A DNA stretch of 16,030 nt, from the NCBI GenBank assembly GCA_041496385.1, contig JBGQEL010000093.1, positions 1 to 16,030 on the forward strand, in the 5' to 3' direction. The notes beneath the pieces are model-generated. The model searched no databases, was not told where the DNA came from, and saw only the letters and a program-made list of their open reading frames with translations. Below, piece after piece: positions 1-7,815 of this stretch. The position numbers were made by a program, and so were the translations under genes. Each line of letters opens with the position of its first letter. Positions within the stretch are counted from its first letter, which is position 1. The DNA comes from Candidatus Methylomirabilia bacterium (GTDB lineage: Bacteria > Methylomirabilota > Methylomirabilia > Rokubacteriales > CSP1-6).

Positions 1-233
1 GCCAGCTCGGCATCGCGCTGGCGCGCGGCGAGACGGCCGCGGCGGTCGAGCGCGAGACCCGGATGATCGCCGAGGGCGCGCGCACCGTGACGTCGGCGCT
101 GGCGCTCGCTCGCCGGCACGGGGTGACGATGCCGATCTGCCTGGAGGTGGGCGCGGTCCTCTTCGAGGGCAAGGCGCCGGCCGACGCCGTCGCGTCGCTC
201 CTCGAGCGGCCGCCGCGTCGCGAGGACCGCTAG
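1..233 (+). CDS. gpsA: NAD(P)H-dependent glycerol-3-phosphate dehydrogenase, C-terminal part (5' end outside window)
   Basis: Frame starting at nt 3 reads QLGIALARGETAAAVERETRMIAEGARTVTSALALARRHGVTMPICLEVGAVLFEGKAPADAVASLLERPPRREDR*, with TAG at 231-233. The G..LA.G / AEG..T / MPI pattern is typical of the GpsA C-terminus. Not in the ORF track. Confidence 0.88.
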   Translation, partial: QLGIALARGETAAAVERETRMIAEGARTVTSALALARRHGVTMPICLEVGAVLFEGKAPADAVASLLERPPRREDR

Positions 234-235
234 GC

Positions 236-1234
236 ATGCCCGAGCTCCGCAAGGATCCGGTCGTCGGCCGCTGGGTGATCATCTCGACCGAGCGCGCGAG
301 CCGTCCCTCGGACTTCGTCTCGGCGCCGGTGCGGGCCAGGGGCGGCGCCTGCGTCTTCTGCGCGGGCAACGAGGCGAAGACGCCGCCCGAGATCCTCGCC
401 GGACGCGGAGCCGGGAGTGGTCCGAACGAGCCCGGCTGGTCCTATCGCGTCGTGGCGAACAAGTTTCCGGCGCTGCGGATCGAGGGCGACCTCCAGCCGT
501 CCGGCGAGGGGCTCTTCGACCGGATGAACGGCGTGGGCGCCCACGAGGTCGTGATCGAGACACCGGACCATGCGGCCTCCCTCGCGACGCTCGCGCCCGA
601 CGCCTTCGCCGACGTGCTGCTGGCCTTCCGGGATCGCATCGTGGACCTCAAGAAGGATCCCCGCTTCGAGTACGTCCTGGTGTTCAAGAACCACGGCGAG
701 GCCGCCGGCGCCTCGCTCGAGCACCCGCACTCGCAGCTCATCGCCACGCCGATCATCCCCATCATGGTCGCCGAGGAGCTCGCGGGCTCGGCGCAGTACT
801 ACGCCATGAAGGAGCGTTGCGTGTGGTGCGATATCGTGCGCCAGGAGCGGCGCGAGGGGCGCCGGCTGGTCCTCGAGACAAACGGCTTCGTGGCCCTCGC
901 GCCGTTCGCGCCGCGGTTTCCCTTCGAGACGTGGGTGCTCCCCCTCCGCCATCGCGCGGCGTACGAGGAGTCGGACGTGGACGAGCTCCGCGCGCTCGCG
1001 GAGGTCCTGGGCGACTTCCTCGGCCGGATGAACCGTGTGCTGGGCGAGCCGGCATTCAACTTCATGCTCCACACCGCGCCCCTGCGGGACGGCCAGCCGG
1101 ATTCGTTCCACTGGCATCTCGAGATCATTCCCAAGCTCACGCGCGTGGCGGGCTTCGAGTGGGGGAGCGGCTTCTTCATCAATCCGATGCTGCCCGAGGA
1201 CGCGGCCGAGGCCCTCCGGGCCGGAGCCGGATAG
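236..1234 (+). CDS. galT: galactose-1-phosphate uridylyltransferase (GalT family, HIT-like)
   Basis: 332 aa. N-terminal ELRKDP..RWVII..ERA.RP, CVFC zinc motif, NKFPAL, G.HEVVIE, catalytic SLEHPHSQ, APRFPFE, HWHLEI, GFEWGSG..IN. GAGGA SD lies inside the end of gpsA. Confidence 0.92.
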   Translation: MPELRKDPVVGRWVIISTERASRPSDFVSAPVRARGGACVFCAGNEAKTPPEILAGRGAGSGPNEPGWSYRVVANKFPALRIEGDLQPSGEGLFDRMNGVGAHEVVIETPDHAASLATLAPDAFADVLLAFRDRIVDLKKDPRFEYVLVFKNHGEAAGASLEHPHSQLIATPIIPIMVAEELAGSAQYYAMKERCVWCDIVRQERREGRRLVLETNGFVALAPFAPRFPFETWVLPLRHRAAYEESDVDELRALAEVLGDFLGRMNRVLGEPAFNFMLHTAPLRDGQPDSFHWHLEIIPKLTRVAGFEWGSGFFINPMLPEDAAEALRAGAG

Positions 1235-1239
1235 AATCG

Positions 1240-1248
1240 TGGTACCAT
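1240..1248 (+). promoter_or_regulatory. putative extended -10 promoter (TGnTACCAT) for the tRNA cluster
   Basis: TGGTACCAT ends 13 nt upstream of tRNA-Gly. A second -10-like hexamer, TAGAAT (1232-1237), overlaps the galT stop. Confidence 0.5.
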
Positions 1249-1261
1249 CGTGCGCTGTGGC

Positions 1262-1336
<75 letters not shown>

Positions 1337-1370
1337 TCAACTACAATCCCTTCTCGGTTCGGGCACTCGG

Positions 1371-1446
1371 GGCGGCGTAGCCAAGTGGCCAAGGCGGAGG
1401 TCTGCAAAACCTCTATTCAGCGGTTCGAATCCGCTCGCCGCCTCCA
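1371..1446 (+). tRNA. tRNA-Cys(GCA)
   Basis: Acceptor GGCGGCG/CGCCGCC, anticodon arm GAGGT-CTGCAAA-ACCTC (GCA 1404-1406), T-arm AGCGG-TTCGAAT-CCGCT, U73, encoded CCA. Confidence 0.97.
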
Positions 1447-1455
1447 TTCCTCCAA

Positions 1456-1860
1456 CCCCTAGCGGACCCAAGGCCGGAGACCGACATGGCCGAAGAGATC
1501 AGGCGTTCCGGGCCCCCGAAGGCGACGGACCTCAAGGGTGACGAGTTCACCTGGACGATCGCGCTCAGCCAACCCCCCTCGCGCGAGTGGGTGAGGTTCT
1601 TTTCGGAGCCCGACGAGACGACGGTGATGTGCCACCCGAAGAAGCTCGGGCTGATGCACCAGGCCCTGGTCTTCAAGTCCGAGGAGACCAATCTCGGGCT
1701 GTGGGTCCAGCACATCGACAAGTGGATCGGCGGGGCGAACAAGTCGCTCCACGATCAGGAGGAGCTCGAGCAGCAGCGTAAGGCCGAGCAGCTCCTTCAA
1801 GACGAGGACAAGAAGCGCCGGATCGAGCAGGTCAACGAGAAGTACCGCGGCCTCTAGCGG
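1456..1860 (+). repeat. short direct repeat CC(C/T)CTAGCGG flanking the intra-tRNA ORF (copies at 1456-1465 and 1851-1860)
   Basis: CCCCTAGCGG versus CCTCTAGCGG, 9/10 identical, with an exact core CTAGCGG at 1459-1465 and 1854-1860. Confidence 0.55.
1486..1857 (+). CDS. hypothetical protein, 123 aa, with a charged, probably coiled-coil C-terminus
   Basis: GGAGA SD 5 nt before ATG, strong G/C bias at third codon positions, normal globular composition (unlike the R/P/A-rich shadow ORFs). No family recognised. Confidence 0.85.
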   Translation: MAEEIRRSGPPKATDLKGDEFTWTIALSQPPSREWVRFFSEPDETTVMCHPKKLGLMHQALVFKSEETNLGLWVQHIDKWIGGANKSLHDQEELEQQRKAEQLLQDEDKKRRIEQVNEKYRGL

Positions 1861-1936
1861 CTGGTGTAGCCCAATCGGCAGAGGCAGCCGACTTAAAATC
1901 GGCCCAGTGGGGGTTCGAATCCCTCCACCAGCACCA
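1860..1936 (+). tRNA. tRNA-Leu(TAA), 77 nt, short variable loop
   Basis: Acceptor GCTGGTG/CACCAGC, D-arm GCC-CAATCGGCAGA-GGC, anticodon arm GCCGA-CTTAAAA-TCGGC (TAA 1894-1896), variable region CCAGT, T-arm GGGGG-TTCGAAT-CCCTC, A73, encoded CCA. Confidence 0.93.
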
Positions 1937-1952
1937 TCCCCGCAGCGGCGCG

Positions 1953-1961
1953 TGCTACCCT
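1953..1961 (+). promoter_or_regulatory. putative extended -10 (TGcTACCCT) for a leaderless lgt transcript
   Basis: TGnTANNNT ends 7 nt before the GTG at 1969. The GGGGAG in between is too close to the start codon to act as an SD. Confidence 0.5.
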
Positions 1962-1968
1962 GGGGAGC

Positions 1969-2760
1969 GTGTTCAGCTCGCCAGGCGCCATCGCCATCCA
2001 GGTCGGTCCCCTCGTCATCCGCTGGTACGGTGTCCTCATGGCCGCCGCGATCGTGGTCGGGCTCTGGCTCGGGCACCGGCAGGCCAGGCGCGAGGGCCTG
2101 CCCGCGGACGACATCATCAGCTGCGCGCAGTGGGCGATTCTCGCCGGGCTCGTCGGCGCGCGGCTCTACGAGGTCGCGTTCAACTGGGACTACTACGGCA
2201 GCAATCCGGCGAAGATCATCGCGGTGTGGGAGGGCGGACTCGCGATCCACGGCGGCCTGATCCTGGGACCGCTGGTCGGCGTCTGGCTCGCGCGCCGCTG
2301 GAAGCTTCCCGTGCTCCGGGGCCTCGACGTCGCGGCGCCGTCGATCGTGCTCGGTCAGGCGATCGGACGCTGGGGGAACTTCTTCAACGAGGAGGCGTTC
2401 GGCGCCCCGACCGATCTCCCGTGGAAGCTCTACATCCAGCTCGCGCACCGGCCGCTCGGCTTCACCCAGTTCGAGTACTTCCACCCCGCGTTCCTCTACG
2501 AGTCCCTGTGGGACCTCCTCGTCTTCGGGCTCCTCGTCGGCTGGCTGCGTCCGCGATTCACCCACCAGCCGGGAGCGCTCTTCTTCTGCTACGTCGGGCT
2601 CTACTCGGTGGGCCGCTTCGTCATCGAGGGATTGAGGCTCGACAGCTTCTGGCTGGGTCCCTTCCGCGTGCCCCAGCTCGCCAGCCTCGCGGGCCTGCTC
2701 GTCGCGGTCGCGGGAATCGCCTGGGCCCGCCGCCACGCGGCCCCGCCCGCCGCGCGCTGA
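1969..2760 (+). CDS. lgt: prolipoprotein diacylglyceryl transferase
   Basis: 263 aa with several hydrophobic segments. Motifs IRWYG, GARL, WEGGLAIHGG, GRWGNFFN.E.FG, HP.FLYES, RF.IE.LR. GTG start. Confidence 0.96.
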   Translation: MFSSPGAIAIQVGPLVIRWYGVLMAAAIVVGLWLGHRQARREGLPADDIISCAQWAILAGLVGARLYEVAFNWDYYGSNPAKIIAVWEGGLAIHGGLILGPLVGVWLARRWKLPVLRGLDVAAPSIVLGQAIGRWGNFFNEEAFGAPTDLPWKLYIQLAHRPLGFTQFEYFHPAFLYESLWDLLVFGLLVGWLRPRFTHQPGALFFCYVGLYSVGRFVIEGLRLDSFWLGPFRVPQLASLAGLLVAVAGIAWARRHAAPPAAR

Positions 2761-2776
2761 CGCAGCCCCTTCGTCG

Positions 2777-4177
2777 ATGCAGCTCGAGCAGGTGGGCCCG
2801 TATCTCTGGCGGATCCCCCGTGACGAGCGGCGCGGCATGCGCGTGCCGGGGCTCGTCGTGGCCGACGCGCGGCTGATCGACTCCATCCGGAGCGACGCCT
2901 CGCTGCAGCAGCTGGCCAACGGCGCCACGCTCCCCGGAATCGTCCGCGCGGCGCTCGCGATGCCCGACATCCACCAGGGCTACGGGTTGCCGGTCGGCGG
3001 CGTCGTCGCGACGGACGCCGAGCGCGGGGTCGTGAGCCCGGGCGCGATCGGGTTCGACATCAACTGCGGTGTGCGACTCCTTCGAACGGGGCTCGAGGAG
3101 GGCGCGCTCGCGGGACGGCTCGAGGCGCTCGTGGACGCGCTCTACGCGGCGATCCCGACCGGCGTCGGCGCGCACGGGATCGCGAGCCTCGACGCGGGCG
3201 CGCTCGACGGCGTGCTGGAGCGCGGCGCCGCCTGGGCGACGGCGTCGGGCTACGGCCTCGCCGAGGACGTCGCGCGGATCGAGTCCGAAGGACGCCTCGA
3301 GGGCGCCGACCCCGACCGTGTCTCGCCACGCGCGCGCGAGCGCGGCCGGCGTCAGCTCGGCAGCCTCGGCTCGGGCAATCACTTCCTCGAGATCCAGATC
3401 GTGGACGAGATCCACGACGCCGTCGCGGCGGAGTCGCTCGGCGTGCACGCCGGGCAGGTGGCGCTCATGATCCACACGGGCTCGCGCGGGCTCGGGCACC
3501 AGGTCTGCACCGACTATCTCGAGCTCACGGGCAGGGCGCTCCGCCGCTACGGCATCACCGTTCCCGACCGGCAGCTCGCCTGCGCCCCCCTGGGCTCCGA
3601 CGAGGCGCGCGCCTACCTCGGGGCGATGCGCGCGGCGGCCAACTTCGCCTTCGCGAATCGCCAGGTGCTCGCGCACCGGGCGCGCGAGGTCTTCGCGCGC
3701 GTGCTGGGCGCCGGCGCGCGCGGCCTCGACATGACCGTCGTCTGGGACGTCGCCCACAACATCGCGAAGCTCGAAGACCACGTCGTCGATGGGCTCCCGC
3801 GCCGCCTCCTCGTCCACCGCAAGGGCGCGACGCGGGCCTTTCCGGGCCAGCCGGTCATCGTGCCGGGCGATATGGGTCGGTACTCGTACCTGCTGCTCGG
3901 GACCGAGGCGGCCATGCGCGAGACGTTCGGGAGCACGTGTCACGGGGCCGGGCGGCTTCTCTCGCGGACCGCGGCGGTGAAGGCCGCGCGCGGGCGGCGG
4001 ATCGAGCGCGAGCTGCTCGAGCGGGGCGTTGTGGCGCGCGCCGCCGGGCGCGACGCGCTCGCCGAGGAGATGCCCGAGGCCTACAAGGACGTGAAGGACG
4101 TCGTGGACGTCGTGCACCGCTTCGGGATCTCCACGCGCGTGGCCCGGCTGCGCCCGGTCGGTGTCGTCAAGGGCTGA
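2777..4177 (+). CDS. rtcB: RtcB-family RNA ligase (3'-phosphate/5'-OH), archaeal/eukaryote tRNA-splicing-ligase-like
   Basis: 466 aa. Motifs MPDIHQGYG.PVGGV, PG.IGFDINCGVR, GSLGSGNHFLEIQ, HTGSRGLGHQV, HNIAK, HRKGAT, PGDMG, STCHGAGR, EE.PEAYKDV. The metal ligands and the His nucleophile appear intact. Confidence 0.96.
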   Translation: MQLEQVGPYLWRIPRDERRGMRVPGLVVADARLIDSIRSDASLQQLANGATLPGIVRAALAMPDIHQGYGLPVGGVVATDAERGVVSPGAIGFDINCGVRLLRTGLEEGALAGRLEALVDALYAAIPTGVGAHGIASLDAGALDGVLERGAAWATASGYGLAEDVARIESEGRLEGADPDRVSPRARERGRRQLGSLGSGNHFLEIQIVDEIHDAVAAESLGVHAGQVALMIHTGSRGLGHQVCTDYLELTGRALRRYGITVPDRQLACAPLGSDEARAYLGAMRAAANFAFANRQVLAHRAREVFARVLGAGARGLDMTVVWDVAHNIAKLEDHVVDGLPRRLLVHRKGATRAFPGQPVIVPGDMGRYSYLLLGTEAAMRETFGSTCHGAGRLLSRTAAVKAARGRRIERELLERGVVARAAGRDALAEEMPEAYKDVKDVVDVVHRFGISTRVARLRPVGVVKG

Positions 4178-4186
4178 GGACGCGCG

Positions 4187-4195
4187 TGATAGACT
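4187..4195 (+). promoter_or_regulatory. putative extended -10 (TGaTAGACT) for a leaderless radical SAM gene transcript
   Basis: TGATAGACT ends 6 nt before the GTG at 4202, and no SD precedes the start. Confidence 0.55.
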
Positions 4196-4201
4196 ACCCC
4201 G

Positions 4202-5905
4202 GTGTCCTGGAATCTGAAGAAGAAGGTGCAGGCCCTGCTCGAGCAGGAGCAGGGGACGGTGCGGAAGGACTGGGGCGGGAAAGTCTCGTTCGCGCTCGTC
4301 TATCCGAATAGCTACGCCGTCGGGATGTCCAACCTGGGCTTCCAGACCATCTACCGGCACCTGAACGCGCTTCCCGACGTCGTCTGCGAGCGCGTGTTCC
4401 TGCCCGATCCGGGTGATGTCGAGGAGCTCAGGCGGACCGGCGGTGCCCCCTTCTCGCTCGAATCGCTCCGGCCTCTGACCGACTTCCACATGGTCGGCTT
4501 CTCGGTGACCTACGAGGGCGACTACATCAACGTCCTGCGCCTGTTGAAGCTGGCCGGGCTGCCGCTGCGTGCCGCGGATCGACGGCCGCGCGACCCGCTC
4601 GTCCTCATGGGCGGCGTGTGCGCGTTCTCCAACCCGGAGCCGCTGGCGCCGTTCATGGACCTGGTCGTCGTGGGCGAGGGCGAGGAGCTCGTGGTCGAGC
4701 TGATCGCGCGCTACCGAGAGGGCGCGGGCGATCGCGCGCGCTTCCTCTCCGAGCTCGCCGCGGTGGAAGGCGTGTACGTCCCGGGCCGCTACGACGTCGC
4801 CTGGGCGCCCGACGGCACGCTCGCCGCGGTCACGCCGCGCGAGGGCGCGCCGGCGATCGTCGCCAAGCGGCGGCTCCGGAACGTGAACGCATTCGAGACG
4901 ATCGCGACGGTGAAGACGCCGAACGCCGAGTACGGGCACATGGCGCTCCTCGAGGTCGGCAAGGGCTGCGGGCGCGGCTGCCGCTTCTGTCTGGAGGGCC
5001 AGGTGTACCGCCCGGTGCGGCACCGCAGCGTGGACGCGCTCCGCGCGACCGTGCAGGCGATGGCCGCCAGCGGCGAGAAGCGGATCGGCCTCGTGGGCGC
5101 GTGCGTCTCCGACTATCCGTGGATCGGCGAGCTGCTGAAGGTGGTCGAGGAGAACGGCCTCGAGGTCTCGATCTCGTCCATCCGCGCCGACAGCCTCACC
5201 GACGACCTCGTCGCCGCGCTGGCGCGAGGCGGGCACCGCACGCTCACCGTCGCGCCGGAGGCGGGCACCGAGCGGCTCCGCCGCGCGATCCGCAAGGCGA
5301 TCACGGACGAGCAGATCCTCGCCGCCTGCGACCTCGTCCGGACCCACGGCATCCCGAACCTCAAGACGTACTTCATGATCGGGCAGCCGACGGAGACGCG
5401 CGAGGACGTGGAGGCGATCCCCGAGCTCGCGGCGCGGATGCTCGAGCGGCTGCGCGTGCTCGACGGCGTCGGCCACCCGTTCGGCCGGCTCACGTTGTCG
5501 ATCTCGTCCTTCGTGCCGAAGCCGTGGACACCGTTCCAGTGGGCGCCCTTCGACGGCGCCGAGTCGCTCCAGGCCAAGCTCGAGATCATCAAGCACGGCG
5601 TGCGCCGGTTTTCGAACGTGCGCGTGTTCCACGAGAATCCGCGGGAAGCCGCGCTGCAGGCGCTGCTCGCCCGGGGCGACCGCCGGGTCGCCGAATTCCT
5701 CGAGCTGGCGGCCGCGCTCGACGGCGACTGGCGGCGGGCGCTCCGCGAATGGGACGGTGACGCCGACTTCTACACCACGCGGACGCGTCCCGTGGACGAG
5801 CGGCTTCCGTGGGAGCACTTCGACGTCGGCGTCAAGACGGCGGGGCTGCTCCGCGAATGGGAGCGCGCGCAGGCCGAGGGCGCGGTCGCCGCGGGCGCGT
5901 CGTGA
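4202..5905 (+). CDS. uncharacterised radical SAM protein with B12-binding-like N-terminal domain (TIGR03960/COG1032-like)
   Basis: 567 aa. N-terminal [46 protein letters not shown], CxxxCxxC (GCGRGCRFC), [30 protein letters not shown]-terminal LPW.H. Confidence 0.88.
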   Translation: MSWNLKKKVQALLEQEQGTVRKDWGGKVSFALVYPNSYAVGMSNLGFQTIYRHLNALPDVVCERVFLPDPGDVEELRRTGGAPFSLESLRPLTDFHMVGFSVTYEGDYINVLRLLKLAGLPLRAADRRPRDPLVLMGGVCAFSNPEPLAPFMDLVVVGEGEELVVELIARYREGAGDRARFLSELAAVEGVYVPGRYDVAWAPDGTLAAVTPREGAPAIVAKRRLRNVNAFETIATVKTPNAEYGHMALLEVGKGCGRGCRFCLEGQVYRPVRHRSVDALRATVQAMAASGEKRIGLVGACVSDYPWIGELLKVVEENGLEVSISSIRADSLTDDLVAALARGGHRTLTVAPEAGTERLRRAIRKAITDEQILAACDLVRTHGIPNLKTYFMIGQPTETREDVEAIPELAARMLERLRVLDGVGHPFGRLTLSISSFVPKPWTPFQWAPFDGAESLQAKLEIIKHGVRRFSNVRVFHENPREAALQALLARGDRRVAEFLELAAALDGDWRRALREWDGDADFYTTRTRPVDERLPWEHFDVGVKTAGLLREWERAQAEGAVAAGAS

Positions 5906-6927
5906 TGGCCGTCCAGGACATCCACGGGCGCCCCCTCCGCAACCTCCGGATCTCGGTCACGGACCGCTGCAACCTCCGCTGCGCGTATTGCATGCCCGAG
6001 GAGGACTACGTCTGGCTCCCGCGGGAGGAGATTCTCCACTTCGGCGAGGTCGCGGCGCTCGTGGACGTGTTCATGGACCTGGGCGTGGACAAGATCCGGC
6101 TGACCGGCGGCGAGCCGCTCCTGCGGCGCGACCTGCCCCGGCTCGTGGCCATGCTCGCCGTGAAGCCCCGCCTGCGCGACCTCGCGCTCACGACCAACGG
6201 CGTCCTCCTCGCGGAGCACGCCGGCGCGCTCCGGGAGGCGGGGCTGCACCGCGTGACGGTGAGCCTCGACACCCTCCGTCCCGACCGCTTCGTCGCGCTG
6301 ACCCGCCGCCCGAACCACGCGCAGGTTCTCGAGGGGATCCGCTCGGCGCCGCGCGCGGGCTTCAGCGACACCAAGCTCGACACGGTCGTGGTGCGAGGGG
6401 TGAACGACGACGAGCTCGCCGACCTCATCGAGTTCGGCCGGAGCATCCCGGCGGAGGTCCGGTTCATCGAGTACATGGACGTCGGCGGCGCCACGCGCTG
6501 GTCCATGGATCAGGTCGTGAGCCGCAAGGAGATGCTCGAGATCCTCGAGCGGCGCTACGGCAGGATCGAGCCGGTGCGCGCGCGGACGAGCGCACCCGCC
6601 GACCAGTACCTGCTGCCCGACGGGACCGTTTTCGGGATCATCGCGTCCACGACCGCGCCGTTCTGCGCGCAGTGCGATCGGAGCCGGCTCACGGCGGACG
6701 GCGTCTGGTATCTGTGCCTCTACGCCCAGCGCGGCATCGATCTGCGCGGTCCGTTCCGCCGGGGTGCCAGCTCCGAGGAGCTGAAGAGCCTCCTCGCCGG
6801 CGCCTGGCGGACGCGGAGCGACCGCGGCGCCGAGCAGCGGCTGGCGCTTCGCGAACGCTCGCCCCTCGTCCAGATCGCGCGGCTCAAGGAAGACCCGCAC
6901 CTGGAGATGCACACCCGCGGCGGCTAG
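5905..6927 (+). CDS. moaA: GTP 3',8-cyclase (molybdopterin biosynthesis)
   Basis: ATG at 5905 overlaps the upstream TGA (TGATG). Motifs [37 protein letters not shown]-terminal FCAQC..RLTADG...CL cluster motif, terminal GG. The ORF-track start at 5809 is too far upstream. Confidence 0.96.
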   Translation: MAVQDIHGRPLRNLRISVTDRCNLRCAYCMPEEDYVWLPREEILHFGEVAALVDVFMDLGVDKIRLTGGEPLLRRDLPRLVAMLAVKPRLRDLALTTNGVLLAEHAGALREAGLHRVTVSLDTLRPDRFVALTRRPNHAQVLEGIRSAPRAGFSDTKLDTVVVRGVNDDELADLIEFGRSIPAEVRFIEYMDVGGATRWSMDQVVSRKEMLEILERRYGRIEPVRARTSAPADQYLLPDGTVFGIIASTTAPFCAQCDRSRLTADGVWYLCLYAQRGIDLRGPFRRGASSEELKSLLAGAWRTRSDRGAEQRLALRERSPLVQIARLKEDPHLEMHTRGG

Positions 6928-6947
6928 CGCCGCGAGGAGGGAAGGCC

Positions 6948-7685
6948 GTGAGCTCGAGCGAGCCAGTGAAGGTCGACGTCCGGGAGCGCGGGGCCGGCGA
7001 GCAGACCTCCGATCGGCGGCTCTACATGGTGCTCCACGCCTTCGGGGCGTGCCTCGATCCCAAGCCCCTGGTGCGGGCGCTCGAGTCGAGCCGTACCGAG
7101 GCCGTGCTCTATCAGGACGTCGGCGATCCGCGCGGCGTGGCCGTCCTGGCCATGAGCGAGGATCCGACCTTCTTCGTCCACGGGCTCCGCGAACTGCTGA
7201 ACGCCGAGCCCTTTGCGGGGCTCGAAGGAAAGCCCGAGCTGGCGATGCTCGGTCGCACGTACTCCTCGGGGTTCGAGGCGGACCTCGACGAGTGGCTGCT
7301 GCGCCGGCCCCGGCGCGCCGCGCTCAACCCGACGTGGCCGTGGGGGATCTGGTACCCGCTGCGCCGTACCGGCGCGTTCGCCCGCCTCTCGCCCCAGGAG
7401 CAAGGCGCCGTCATCCGGGAGCACAGCGTGCTCGGGCGCGCCTACGGTGACGCCGATCTCGCCCACGACGTCCGTCTCGCGTGCCACGGCCTGGACGCGC
7501 ACGACAACGACTTCGTCATCGGCCTCGTCGGCCGCGATCTCCACCCGCTCTCGCACCTGGTTCAGGCCATGCGCAAGACGGCCCAGACGTCGCAGTACCT
7601 CCAGAGCCTCGGCCCCTTCTTCGTCGGCCACGCGCTCTGGCAGAGCCCCGTCGCGGGATCCGGCGCGCCCGCCGGCCGCGCCTAG
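6948..7685 (+). CDS. chlorite dismutase / coproheme decarboxylase (Cld/ChdC) family heme protein
   Basis: GTG at 6948 after GAGGAGGG, 245 aa; this is the C-terminal part of track ORF 5757..7685. Motifs WYPLRR..F..L...EQ..VI.EH...GRAY (proximal His), GLD..D.DFVI, M..T....Y....GPFFVG. Confidence 0.8.
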   Translation: MSSSEPVKVDVRERGAGEQTSDRRLYMVLHAFGACLDPKPLVRALESSRTEAVLYQDVGDPRGVAVLAMSEDPTFFVHGLRELLNAEPFAGLEGKPELAMLGRTYSSGFEADLDEWLLRRPRRAALNPTWPWGIWYPLRRTGAFARLSPQEQGAVIREHSVLGRAYGDADLAHDVRLACHGLDAHDNDFVIGLVGRDLHPLSHLVQAMRKTAQTSQYLQSLGPFFVGHALWQSPVAGSGAPAGRA

Positions 7686-7815
7686 CCCCGTCGCGCTCCG
7701 GCGTTCCCGCGGATCCTCGAGCGCCCGCGCCGCGGCGCTCCAGCGCGTCTCGCCAGTAGGTGCAGACGCGCGCCGAGTTGGCGACGCCGTGGACGAGGAG
7801 GATCGGGGGCGTCAG
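7682..7815 (-). pseudogene. probable alpha/beta-hydrolase gene remnant
   Basis: Immediately after gltD the - strand reads (L)[28 protein letters not shown], the classic N-terminal strand-HG-helix of alpha/beta hydrolases. It then degrades into low-complexity sequence with no GxSxG and no room for a full gene. Confidence 0.55.

Noticed and set aside
1342..1347. TACAAT between tRNA-Gly and tRNA-Cys as an internal promoter
   Set aside because: No convincing -35 or TG extension; it may simply be an AU-rich processing spacer.
2621..5818. 1065-aa - strand ORF antisense to rtcB and the radical SAM gene, and similar ORFs (230..1117, 1459..2970, 5770..6912, 8154..9341, 13942..15297)
   Set aside because: Same shadow effect, since stops are rare in high-GC antisense frames; no recognisable domains.
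5757..7685. 642-aa ORF suggesting a long fusion ending in the Cld-like domain
   Set aside because: The first ~397 codons are an off-frame R/P/A-rich read of moaA; the real gene starts at GTG 6948 after a strong SD.
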